A DNA stretch of 64,000 nt, taken from assembly GCA_002773855.1 (NCBI GenBank), contig PEZY01000012.1, forward strand, positions 161,570-225,569, written 5' to 3'. This DNA is from Candidatus Buchananbacteria bacterium CG10_big_fil_rev_8_21_14_0_10_33_19. GTDB lineage: Bacteria; Patescibacteriota; Patescibacteriia; 2-01-FULL-39-33. Within the stretch, counting starts at the first letter, position 1. Each line of letters begins with the position of its first letter. Under the pieces are notes generated by a model. The model made no database searches. It had not been told where the DNA came from and worked only from the letters and a program-made list of their open reading frames with translations. The position numbers were made by a program, and so were the translations under genes. Below are positions 8,988 to 18,677 of the stretch, piece after piece.

Positions 8988-11300
8988 ATGAAAATTCTAA
9001 TTACTGGCTCTGGTGGAATGTTGGGGAGCTCGATGATTCCAGTCTTAAGAGAGGAGGGGTACGATGTTTATCCGACAGATAAAAATCCAGTTGAGGGGAT
9101 TGAACTATTAGATGTTCGAGAATACGATCAGGTTTTGGCTTGGGCCAGTAGATTACAACCAGATTTTATATTTCATTTGGCAGCTGAGACAGATTTAGAA
9201 ATTTGCGAAAACGATCCAGAGTATGCTTATAGTACCAACACCATTGGTACTCAAAATGTGGCTTTGATTTGTAAAAAGTTGGGTATTAAAATGGTTTATA
9301 TTTGTACGGCGGGAATTTTTGATGGTAAAAAAGAAAGTTTTTATAATGAATTTGATGAAGCAATTCCTTTGTCGATTTATGGCAAAACAAAATTAGAAGG
9401 TGAAAAAATTGTTAAAGAAATGTTGCATGAGTATTTTGTGTGTCGTCCTGGTTGGATGGTGGGTGGTGGAGCTAAAGACAAAAAATTTGTTGGTCAAATT
9501 ATCAAACAAATTAGAGACGGTGCCAAAGAGTTGCATGCGGTTGATGATAAATTTGGCACCTCCACCTATACCAAAGATTTTTGTAAAAATTTAGCAGCTC
9601 TAATTAAGACCGAGCACTATGGTTTGTATCATATGGTGTCTCGTGGTTCAGCTAGTCGATATGATGTGGCCAAAGAAATTGTGAAAATTTTAAATCGCCC
9701 AGATATTACTGTTCATAGTGTCCACTCTGATTATTTTGCTAAGCGTTATCCAGTGACTCGGCCACGTTCGGAAATGTTGGATAATTTAATGTTGGATTTA
9801 CGGGGTTTAAATTTAATGCGTAATTGGCGAGAAATATTGCCAGAATATATTAATGAACATTTTTCTGATGTTATTTTAAAAAACGATATTAATAATATGG
9901 ACAACAGTGAATCAAAAAATAAAAAAAAGTTTATTGTCATTGGTGCTGGCCTCGCCGGACTATCTACGGCTTATAAGTTATTACAGCAAGGGGCTGATGT
10001 GACTATTTTAGAAAAGGCCAAGGAAGTGGGCGGACTAGCTAGAACTATTAAGTATAAGGATTATTATTTTGATTTTTCAGCTCATCGCTTTTCGGCAAGT
10101 AAAAAAGATTTGATTGAGGAAATGAAACAAATAATGGAAGGTAATTTTACTGTTCGCTCAAAAAGATCTCGAATATTGATGTGGAACAAGTGGCTTAATT
10201 ATCCATTTGAATTATTAGATTTGATGTTGCACATGCCTAAGTTGTTGGCTATTAGAGCGGTCTTGGATTATATTTATACTTTAATTAAAGAGAAAATAAA
10301 ACCGACTAAAATTGTTTCTTTTAAGGATTGGTTTATCGCTAGCTTTGGTTATACTTTATATAAAACAAATTGCGAGCCTTATGCTACTAAGCATTGGCGC
10401 ATTGATCCCGGACAAATTTCGTCAGAGTGGGGTGAAGCTCGTTCACCAGCTAGTTTTAATTTAAAAACCATTATTGCGGATTTGATTACCAAGAAATATG
10501 CTAATGAGTTGGGTGCCGATAATCCTTATCCAGATGCGGATAGCTTCTATTATCCCAAGACTGGTGGCGTTGGCTCTATTGCCAATCGTTTTGCAGATGA
10601 AATTAGAAACATGGGCGGCAAAATTTACACTGAAGCAGAAATTACCAAAATTGATTTGTCTGGTGACAAAGCAGTAGTGGAATTTAATAAATATGGCAAC
10701 AGTCAAAAAATTGAAGCCGACAAAGTAGTGTCGACAATTTCAGTTTATATTTTATCAAATTTAGTTACTCCAGCTGTACCAGAAGAAGTCAAGGCTAGAT
10801 TGTCAAAGTTAACATACCTGAATACTATTTTTATAAATGTAATAATTAATCGTCCAAAAATTAGTGATGATTCTTGGTTATACTTTCCACAACCATCAGA
10901 AGAAATTATTTTTAATCGAGCAGTCGAATTTAAGAATTGGAGCGAAGATATGGCACCAAAAGACAAAACTAGCTTATGTTTGGATATATCTTGTACTAGT
11001 AGTGAGAAAATATGGACAGAGGATAATGATGCAGATTTAATTGCTAAAGCTAAAGAAGGACTAGTGAGGTCAAAAATTATTTCTAGTGTTGATGAGGTAG
11101 AAGAAACTTTTGTATTGAAAATTCCTTTCACTTATCCAGTTTATGATTTGGGTTATATTGATAATTTGAGACCAGTTGTAGAATCACTAGAGAAAAATGA
11201 TAAGTTAAAATTAGTGGGGCGTATTGGTAAGTTTAGTTATTCTAATATGGATGACGTTATAGCCGATGGTTTTGCTTTGGCTAATGATTTAATGAAATAA
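8988..11300 (+). CDS. Bifunctional fusion: N-terminal RmlD-like NAD(P)H sugar reductase (SDR) plus C-terminal FAD-dependent Glf/UDP-galactopyranose-mutase-like flavoprotein
   Basis: N-terminus MKILITGSGGMLGSS ... YGKTKLEGE (RmlD-like). After a Lys-rich linker (NSESKNKKK), KKFIVIGAGLAGLSTAYKLL ... EKAKEVGGLARTI ... FSAHRF resembles the Glf FAD-binding N-terminus. There is no internal stop or start. Confidence 0.65.
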   Translation: MKILITGSGGMLGSSMIPVLREEGYDVYPTDKNPVEGIELLDVREYDQVLAWASRLQPDFIFHLAAETDLEICENDPEYAYSTNTIGTQNVALICKKLGIKMVYICTAGIFDGKKESFYNEFDEAIPLSIYGKTKLEGEKIVKEMLHEYFVCRPGWMVGGGAKDKKFVGQIIKQIRDGAKELHAVDDKFGTSTYTKDFCKNLAALIKTEHYGLYHMVSRGSASRYDVAKEIVKILNRPDITVHSVHSDYFAKRYPVTRPRSEMLDNLMLDLRGLNLMRNWREILPEYINEHFSDVILKNDINNMDNSESKNKKKFIVIGAGLAGLSTAYKLLQQGADVTILEKAKEVGGLARTIKYKDYYFDFSAHRFSASKKDLIEEMKQIMEGNFTVRSKRSRILMWNKWLNYPFELLDLMLHMPKLLAIRAVLDYIYTLIKEKIKPTKIVSFKDWFIASFGYTLYKTNCEPYATKHWRIDPGQISSEWGEARSPASFNLKTIIADLITKKYANELGADNPYPDADSFYYPKTGGVGSIANRFADEIRNMGGKIYTEAEITKIDLSGDKAVVEFNKYGNSQKIEADKVVSTISVYILSNLVTPAVPEEVKARLSKLTYLNTIFINVIINRPKISDDSWLYFPQPSEEIIFNRAVEFKNWSEDMAPKDKTSLCLDISCTSSEKIWTEDNDADLIAKAKEGLVRSKIISSVDEVEETFVLKIPFTYPVYDLGYIDNLRPVVESLEKNDKLKLVGRIGKFSYSNMDDVIADGFALANDLMK

Positions 11301-11302
11301 AT

Positions 11303-14300
11303 ATGATTAAAGGTTTAGTCAAAAAACATAAAGTAATAATAATAATTTTTTTGTTGTCTTTGTTTTTGCGACTACTAACCTTTGGGCTTCTAATTGATAA
11401 TTATGGCACCGGTAGTTTTTATTTGGCCAATAATACTGAAGTTTTAGATGGTAATGATACTCAGCATTATGTGATTATTGCCAGTAATATTTCTGAACAC
11501 GGAGTGTATTCTAGATTCATAAATGAACCGTTTGAACCAGATAGTTTGCGTACACCACTTTTGCCATTGTATTTTTTGCCGTTTATTCATTTTTTAGGAT
11601 TTAGCAGTGTTTGGCTAGCAATGTTATTATTAGTAATTATTTTGTCGGCGATACCGGTAGAAGCTTATTATTTGGCAAAATTATTTTTAAGTAACAAGCT
11701 TAGCTTGGTGGCGGGATTATTAGTGGCTTTGCAGCCACTAATGATTTACTTCACTAGTATTACCGAGCCCGATATGCTGATGATTTTTTTGTTCTTGCTA
11801 GTGATTTATCATTTTTGTCTTTATTATATTAATAATACTTCTAAGAATTTATTGTTGTCAGCTCTGCTGTTAGGATTAATGACTTTGGCTAAGCCAGTTG
11901 GTATTTATATCGCGGTCATCTTGGTGATTTTTGTGGCTTTAAAAATTATAAAAAATAAAAAAGTTTTTCTAAATTTATTTTTATTTATTTTTATTTTTGG
12001 TTTGATTATATCGCCCTGGTTGTATAGAAATTATCAAGTTTTTGGCACAGTAGATATTAGTGCTATTAAATCGACCAATCTATATTTGTATTATACTGTT
12101 GGTTTTGAAAAAAATAATGAAGTCTTGCCAGTTGATTTAGGTGAAAGACAGCCAGTTAAAAATATTAAATATCAAAAGGAGTATGTTAGCTTGGCTGTAG
12201 ATAGAATTTTAAATCAGCCGATAGCTTATACCATGCATCATTTAATTGGTACTCTAAGATCGATGTTAGCCGGTGATTTGCAAGAAATTTATCACAAGGG
12301 TCATTCTAATATTTTGCCGTTTAGCTTAGATTTAGAGGGTCGAGTAAATATAACCGACAGCCTACAGTCTGGTAAATTGCTAGTGGTTATAAAATCAATT
12401 TTATTGAATTTTAATTTGTTACTTAGATATTTAATTTTAACCATTCTTTATATTCTGGTAGCTTTTGGCTGGTTGATGTCGTATAAGAGTAATAAAAAAA
12501 CTTTTGTTTTGTTTACCATGTTTGGTGTTTTAATTGCTTATTTCTTTTTGTCTTCTGGACCGTTTGTTTCGCCAAAATATCGTTTGCCAATTATGCCACT
12601 CTTGTTAATTATGTCTTTATATACTTTTTCTAATATGAAAAAAAATAAAATTAATGACAAAAAAATAGTTATTGCATCGGGCACTTATTTACCAGAAATT
12701 TCTGGTCAGTCTACCTTTGTCGATAACTTCAAAAAAAATTTACCAGCTGATTATGAATTAGTAATTGTGGCCTATGGTAATAAAACCGAAGTGGTAAATA
12801 ATAATATTTATTATATTAAACGAAATATATTTAGACATCTTAATTATTATTTAACTATTAGAAATCAGGCCAAGGACGCAGTGATTATTTATGCTCAAGA
12901 TTTGGTGTCATCAGGCTTACCAGCAGCCTTGGCCAAAAGATCAAGTAATTATTTAGTTGTTCGTATTGGTGGTGATTTCTTGTGGGAGAAGATGGTAAAT
13001 ACTGGTAAGACCGAAGTGCCAATTAGTCAGTATTACCAGCAGCCAAAAAGTTTGTTAGAAAAACTTTATTTAAAATTATATCACTATGTTATAAATAAAA
13101 GTGATAAATTAATTTTTAATACACCCTGGCCACAGAAGTGGTATGCTGATTATTTTAATATTAGTATTAATAAAATTAGTGTGATTCAAAATCCGTTTAC
13201 TATTAATAATAAAATTGATGTAAATGATTCAGTAATTGGCGATGAAATTATTTATGCTGGTCGTTTTATACCGCTTAAAAATTTAGAAAGATTGATCGAA
13301 GCTTTTAAAAAAATAAAAACTGATAAAAAATTAGTAATTATTGGTGCTGGTCCACAATATAATGATTTACAAAAATTAGCCGCTAGCGATCAGCGAATTG
13401 CTATTGTTGATAAAATGAATCAGGCACAGTTATGGCAGAGAATTGCCAAATCTTATTTGTTTATTTTGCCAAGTATTTCTGAATTCAATCCTAACGTAGC
13501 TATTGAAGCTCTGAGTTTGCACAAACCAGTTATTTTAACTAAAGAGGTTGGCTTGTCTGATGATTTAAAAAGTAAGTTTGTTTTAGCTGATCCATTAAGT
13601 GTTGATAGTATTGAAAAACAAATTGAATATTTATTGAATGGTGAAAATTATAAAAACTTTTTAGATAATTTGTCTATCGGCGATTTGTCTTATGATTGGT
13701 CAAAGGTGATGAGTGAGCATATTGAGGTGTTTAACTCTATTATTAATCAAATAAATGTATTAAATATTGGCACTGACAGAGGTTTAGCTGGCGGTAAAAA
13801 ATTAGGAGATGCTATAGCTAGACATCGAGCTTATGGCGAACACGTAGATAACTTAGATATCATCACTTATTCTAGTAGTAGAGATAATTTACTTGGCCTT
13901 AAAATATCGGATAATGTTACAGGCTATGCTACTAATTCGCTATTTAAAATATTTTTTGTATTTGATGTTATTAAAATATTTAGAAAAATAAATAAGCAAC
14001 ATAAAATTAATATCGTTGTTTGTCAGGATCCTTTTGTACCAGCTTTGGCCGGATTATTTTTAAAAATATTTTATCATGTTAAATTACAAATTAATTTTCA
14101 TGGTGATTTTTGGCAGAACAAAAATTGGCTTAAGGAAAATCCAATTAATTTTATATTTTTGTTAATATCAAAATTTACTGTTCCCTTTGCTGATGCTATT
14201 AGAGTGATGAGTGATGGTCAAAAATTAAAGTTAGGTTCTTATGCTAAAAAAGCTAGGGTGATATCAACACCAGTAGATATTAAAAAAATTTTAGATTCTA

Positions 14301-14884
14301 GTCAGACAGTGAGTTCAGAAGGGGCCTTGATGGTTTTGCATGTTGGTCGAGATGATAAAGTTAAGGATTATGATACTTTACTAAAAAGCTGGAATATAAT
14401 AAATACTGATTTAAATACTGATAAGAAAAAAAGAGTGATGTTTTATCAGTCTGGGGCTGATCAAGAATTAGATAAGGCTAAAGCCGCTTTAGGTCAAGCT
14501 GGTTTGGATATCAATATTATTAAGTTGGGGCGCAAGGATCATGATTCATTAATTAAATATTATAATCAGGCTAATGTAGTCATGTTGTCTTCCACTTCTG
14601 AAAGTTTTGGTAAAGTGTTAATAGAGGCTAGTGCCGCTGGTAAGCCGGTGGTATCAACCTCTACCACTGGCGCTAAAGAGATTATAGTTGATCAAAAAAA
14701 TGGTTATCTGGTGCCAATTGGTGACGCCAATGGTTTGGCCGAGAAAATTATTTATTTATTAGAAAATAGTGATAAGGCTAAGGCTATGGGCGAGACTGGT
14801 AGGGAAATGGTTGTAAAAAAATATGGTCATAACACTGAAAAAATTATTAAACTTTGGCAAGATATTATAAAAAATAATATATGA
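11303..14884 (+). CDS. Tri-domain protein: N-terminal polytopic GT-C-like membrane domain (~440 aa) plus two tandem GT4 domains
   Basis: About 12 TM segments at the N-terminus. The middle domain begins MKKNKINDKKIVIASGTYLPEISGQ, which is GT4 N-terminus-like. The C-terminal domain ESFGKVLIEASAAGKPVVSTSTTGAKEIIVDQKNGYLV is a GT4 motif. Confidence 0.65.
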   Translation: MIKGLVKKHKVIIIIFLLSLFLRLLTFGLLIDNYGTGSFYLANNTEVLDGNDTQHYVIIASNISEHGVYSRFINEPFEPDSLRTPLLPLYFLPFIHFLGFSSVWLAMLLLVIILSAIPVEAYYLAKLFLSNKLSLVAGLLVALQPLMIYFTSITEPDMLMIFLFLLVIYHFCLYYINNTSKNLLLSALLLGLMTLAKPVGIYIAVILVIFVALKIIKNKKVFLNLFLFIFIFGLIISPWLYRNYQVFGTVDISAIKSTNLYLYYTVGFEKNNEVLPVDLGERQPVKNIKYQKEYVSLAVDRILNQPIAYTMHHLIGTLRSMLAGDLQEIYHKGHSNILPFSLDLEGRVNITDSLQSGKLLVVIKSILLNFNLLLRYLILTILYILVAFGWLMSYKSNKKTFVLFTMFGVLIAYFFLSSGPFVSPKYRLPIMPLLLIMSLYTFSNMKKNKINDKKIVIASGTYLPEISGQSTFVDNFKKNLPADYELVIVAYGNKTEVVNNNIYYIKRNIFRHLNYYLTIRNQAKDAVIIYAQDLVSSGLPAALAKRSSNYLVVRIGGDFLWEKMVNTGKTEVPISQYYQQPKSLLEKLYLKLYHYVINKSDKLIFNTPWPQKWYADYFNISINKISVIQNPFTINNKIDVNDSVIGDEIIYAGRFIPLKNLERLIEAFKKIKTDKKLVIIGAGPQYNDLQKLAASDQRIAIVDKMNQAQLWQRIAKSYLFILPSISEFNPNVAIEALSLHKPVILTKEVGLSDDLKSKFVLADPLSVDSIEKQIEYLLNGENYKNFLDNLSIGDLSYDWSKVMSEHIEVFNSIINQINVLNIGTDRGLAGGKKLGDAIARHRAYGEHVDNLDIITYSSSRDNLLGLKISDNVTGYATNSLFKIFFVFDVIKIFRKINKQHKINIVVCQDPFVPALAGLFLKIFYHVKLQINFHGDFWQNKNWLKENPINFIFLLISKFTVPFADAIRVMSDGQKLKLGSYAKKARVISTPVDIKKILDSSQTVSSEGALMVLHVGRDDKVKDYDTLLKSWNIINTDLNTDKKKRVMFYQSGADQELDKAKAALGQAGLDINIIKLGRKDHDSLIKYYNQANVVMLSSTSESFGKVLIEASAAGKPVVSTSTTGAKEIIVDQKNGYLVPIGDANGLAEKIIYLLENSDKAKAMGETGREMVVKKYGHNTEKIIKLWQDIIKNNI

Positions 14885-15594
14885 GTAAAAAGATATTTAT
14901 CTCCATAGCCACTTATAATGAAAAAGAAAATATTGAAAAATTAATTCAAGATATTTTTGGTGTAGGTTATGACAATTTATCAATTATTATAATTGATGAT
15001 AATTCACCAGATGGTACTAGTGATATAGTTAAGAGACTGCAATCAGAATTTACTAATTTATATTTAATTCAACGGTCTGGTAAATTAGGCTATGGCAGTG
15101 CCCATATTGCGGGTTTTAAATTGGCTATGGAAAAAGGGTCTGAGATTATTATTTCTATGGATGCTGATTTTTCTCATGATCCTAAAAAAATTCCCGAGCT
15201 GGTGACAGCTATGGATAATGGCAGTGATGTGGTTATTGGCTCTAGAAGGGTAGCTGGCGGTAAGGTAGTGGGTTGGGGCTTGTGGCGTAAATTTTGTAGT
15301 GCTGGAGCTATGTTGTCATCGCAAGTAATTTTGGGTATTAAGACTAAAGATTTAACCAGTGGCTTTAGGGCTTATGATGTAAAAGTTTTTAATAAAGTAA
15401 ATTTAGATAGTATTAAAAGTAATGGCTATTCTTTTTTGGAAGAATTAATTTATTTAGTAGAAAAAAATAAATTTACAGTTAAAGAAGTGCCAATAGTTTT
15501 TCATGATCGACAACTAGGTAATTCTAAATTGTCCAAAAAAGAAATTGTAAAATTTTTTATCACTATATTTAAAATTAAATTTGGCAAAAAATGA
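14881..15594 (+). CDS. GT2 polyprenol-phosphate glycosyltransferase (DPM1-like)
   Basis: ISIATYNEKENI ... IIIDDNSPDGT ... SMDADFSHDP motifs. Confidence 0.75.
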   Translation: MSKKIFISIATYNEKENIEKLIQDIFGVGYDNLSIIIIDDNSPDGTSDIVKRLQSEFTNLYLIQRSGKLGYGSAHIAGFKLAMEKGSEIIISMDADFSHDPKKIPELVTAMDNGSDVVIGSRRVAGGKVVGWGLWRKFCSAGAMLSSQVILGIKTKDLTSGFRAYDVKVFNKVNLDSIKSNGYSFLEELIYLVEKNKFTVKEVPIVFHDRQLGNSKLSKKEIVKFFITIFKIKFGKK

Positions 15595-16619
15595 AACTAT
15601 TAATGATCACTAGAAAAGTTGATGATAATGATGCCTTGGCTGGGTTTGCTTATAATTGGGTGAGAAGTATTGCTAATAATTTAGATAAGCTATATGTGAT
15701 TACTTGGCAAAAAAGTGATAACAGTAATCTACCAAGTAACGTAGAATTAATTTCTTTAACTGGTAATAAATTTACAAAAGTTTTATTACTGCAAAAATAT
15801 CTGGTAAATATTTTACCAAAAGTTAATGGTGTGTTTTGTCATATGAATCCGGAGTATACGATTATCACTGCCCCACTGGCCAAAATATTTAGAAAAAAAG
15901 TGGTTAGTTGGTATACTCATAAATCAATTACTTGGCGCCGAAGGTTGTTAGAAATCTTAGCTGACAAAATCGTAACGGCTTCAAATTTGAGTTTTAGGAA
16001 TCCTTGGTTTTCCAAAAAGTTAGAAATAATTGGGCATGGTATAGATGTTGATTTATTTAAGTCGGTAGCAAGAGCTGGTAACTCAGAAGTATTTAATATT
16101 ATTTCGGTTGGCCGGATATCACCTACTAAGGATTATGAATCCATAATTAAAGCCTTAGACATTTTAAAAAATAAAAATATCAGATTAAAGATTATTGGTG
16201 ATGTTATTTTAGAATCTCAAAAAAGTTATTTGACTAGCTTAAAAAAAATGACATCAACTATGGCGTTAGAGGATCAAGTGGAATTCATAGGTTGGGTAGC
16301 CAATAAAAATATGCCGCCTTATTATCAAGCGGCTGATTTATTTATTAATATGAGTGGTACGGGTAGTGTTGATAAGGTAATGTTGGAGGCTATGAGTAGT
16401 GGTTGTTTGGTTTTAACATCTAATGAAGCTTTTGAAGATATAATTAGTAGTCGTTTTATGATAAATAAAGATGATCCTAGTGGACTGGCCTTAAAAATAA
16501 AATTGATAATGGCTATGTCAGACAATGACAAATTAGAAGTTAGAAATAAATTTCGACAGATAGTTATAGCTGATTATGAGTTAGAAAAATTAGCTAAAAA
16601 AATAATTAAACAGTTTTAA
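15591..16619 (+). CDS. Glycosyltransferase family 4
   Basis: GT-B C-terminal motif MLEAMSSGCLVLTSNEA. ATGA overlap with the upstream gene. Confidence 0.7.
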   Translation: MKLLMITRKVDDNDALAGFAYNWVRSIANNLDKLYVITWQKSDNSNLPSNVELISLTGNKFTKVLLLQKYLVNILPKVNGVFCHMNPEYTIITAPLAKIFRKKVVSWYTHKSITWRRRLLEILADKIVTASNLSFRNPWFSKKLEIIGHGIDVDLFKSVARAGNSEVFNIISVGRISPTKDYESIIKALDILKNKNIRLKIIGDVILESQKSYLTSLKKMTSTMALEDQVEFIGWVANKNMPPYYQAADLFINMSGTGSVDKVMLEAMSSGCLVLTSNEAFEDIISSRFMINKDDPSGLALKIKLIMAMSDNDKLEVRNKFRQIVIADYELEKLAKKIIKQF

Positions 16620-16622
16620 CAT

Positions 16623-17666
16623 ATGGTAGTTTGTTATTTTGGATTATACAATCAGAATTACAGTCGTAATAAAATTTTGATTAATGGTTTAAGAAAAAAT
16701 CAGGTTGAAGTAATTGAATGCCATAGCAATAAAAAAGGCTTGGCTAAGTTTTGGGATTTAATTGTCCAACATAATAAAATTAGAAATCAGTATGATGTGA
16801 TGGTGGTGGGTTTCCCTGGTCAGTTGTCAATGATTTTGGCTAGGTTTGTTACCAGTAAGCCAATTGTATTTGATGCTTTTTTATCGTTTTATGATTCTAT
16901 GGTTTTTGATCGTAAAATACATTCGCCAAATAGCTTAAAGGCCTTGTATTTTTGGTTTATTGATTGGTTGTCTTGCCTGCTAGCTAATAAAATATTGTTA
17001 GATACTAATGAACATATTAAATACTTTGTTAAAACATTTAATATAAATAAATCAAAGTTTCATCGGATTTTTATTGGTGCTGATGAGACAATATTTTATC
17101 CTAGAGAAAAAAATAATAAAGAAGATAAATTTGTTATTCATTTTCATGGCACTTACATTCCGCTTCAAGGCATTAAATATATTATTGATGCGGCTAATAT
17201 TTTAAAAAATGAAAATATAGTATTTAATTTAATTGGTAGTGGTCAACAATTTAAAGAGATGGAAAAATATATTACTGATTTAAAAATAAATAATATTAAT
17301 TTAACAAAATTTGTGCCAATTGAAGAGGTGGCTGAATATATTTCTAAATCAGACATGTGTTTGGGGATATTTGGTGATACTGATAAGGCCAAGCGGGTTA
17401 TTCCTAATAAGTTATATGAGTGTATTGCTATGAAGAAGCCAGTGTTGACTGCTAGTAGTGATGCTATTTTAGAAAAATTTGATAATTATGATAATATCTT
17501 ATTGTGTAATATAGCTGATAGCAATGATTTAGCCGCTAAGATATTGGAATTAAAAAATAATCATGATTTACTGGATAAAATAGCAGAAAATGGTTATAGT
17601 CTATTTACCAAAGAATTTAGTTCAGAAGTCTTGGGTAAAAAATTAATTGATATTATTAAACAATAA
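16623..17666 (+). CDS. Glycosyltransferase, GT-B fold (GT4-like)
   Basis: C-terminal PNKLYECIAMKKPVLTASSDAI donor-binding-like motif. Confidence 0.5.
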   Translation: MVVCYFGLYNQNYSRNKILINGLRKNQVEVIECHSNKKGLAKFWDLIVQHNKIRNQYDVMVVGFPGQLSMILARFVTSKPIVFDAFLSFYDSMVFDRKIHSPNSLKALYFWFIDWLSCLLANKILLDTNEHIKYFVKTFNINKSKFHRIFIGADETIFYPREKNNKEDKFVIHFHGTYIPLQGIKYIIDAANILKNENIVFNLIGSGQQFKEMEKYITDLKINNINLTKFVPIEEVAEYISKSDMCLGIFGDTDKAKRVIPNKLYECIAMKKPVLTASSDAILEKFDNYDNILLCNIADSNDLAAKILELKNNHDLLDKIAENGYSLFTKEFSSEVLGKKLIDIIKQ

Positions 17667-17669
17667 AAT

Positions 17670-18674
17670 ATGAAGGAAAAAATAAATGTACTAGTAACTG
17701 GAGGAGCTGGTTTTATTGGATCACATGTCGTTGATGAATTAGTGGCTTTAAATTATCAAGTTGTGGTTTTGGATGATCTAAGTGGTGGTTTTTTAGAGAA
17801 TGTTAATGATAATGCTATTTTTGTTAATGGCAGTATTAATGATATAGAATTAGTTAATTCTTTGTTTAAGGTTTTTAATTTTGATTATGTTTACCATTTA
17901 GCAGCCTATGCAGCCGAGGGCTTGAGTCATTTTATTAAAAATTTTAATCACAATAATAATTTAATTGGCAGTGTTAATTTAATTAATGCCGCTGTTAATT
18001 ATAATGTTAGGTGTTTTGTGTTTACATCTTCGATTGCAGTTTACGGTGCTGGTCAATTGCCCATGCACGAGGAAACAGTGCCTAAGCCAGAGGATTCTTA
18101 TGGGATTGCTAAATATGCTGTGGAAATGGAATTGCAAGTTAGTCATGAAATGTTTGGATTGGATTATATTATTTTTCGGCCACATAATGTGTTTGGTGAA
18201 AGGCAAAATTTGGGTGATAAGTATCGTAATGTAGTGGGCATTTTTATGAATCAAATTATGCAAGATCAGCCAATTACAATTTTTGGTAATGGTGAACAGA
18301 GTCGAGCCTTCACTTATATTCAGGGCGTGGCTAAAACTATTGCTAGTTCAGTTCTAAATAAGCGGGCTTACGGTGAGGTGTTTAATGTGGGGGCGGATTC
18401 AGCAATTACAGTTAACGAATTGGCTAGGTTAGTATTTGAATCTATGGGTAAGTCCACCGATATAAATTATTTACCAGTTCGTAATGAGGTAAAGCATGCT
18501 TATTCTTCACATCAAAAGGTTAAAGATATATTAAATTATCAAGAAGAAATTGATTTAAAAGAGGGAATAAAAAGAATGTCTAATTGGGCGATGATAGCTG
18601 GATCTAAAAAATCAGATTATTTTAATAATATTGAAATAACTAAAAATTTACCACCAAGTTGGAAACAAAAATAA
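17670..18674 (+). CDS. NAD-dependent sugar epimerase/dehydratase (extended SDR)
   Basis: LVTGGAGFIGSHVVDEL Rossmann motif. YGIAKYAVE (YxxxK). Confidence 0.8.
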   Translation: MKEKINVLVTGGAGFIGSHVVDELVALNYQVVVLDDLSGGFLENVNDNAIFVNGSINDIELVNSLFKVFNFDYVYHLAAYAAEGLSHFIKNFNHNNNLIGSVNLINAAVNYNVRCFVFTSSIAVYGAGQLPMHEETVPKPEDSYGIAKYAVEMELQVSHEMFGLDYIIFRPHNVFGERQNLGDKYRNVVGIFMNQIMQDQPITIFGNGEQSRAFTYIQGVAKTIASSVLNKRAYGEVFNVGADSAITVNELARLVFESMGKSTDINYLPVRNEVKHAYSSHQKVKDILNYQEEIDLKEGIKRMSNWAMIAGSKKSDYFNNIEITKNLPPSWKQK

Positions 18675-18677
18675 ATC

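Noticed and set aside
9921-9928. A8 homopolymer as a phase-variation switch
   Set aside because: It encodes the Lys-rich inter-domain linker. There is no evidence of variation from a single sequence, so it is noted only as a possible frameshift or assembly checkpoint for the fusion.
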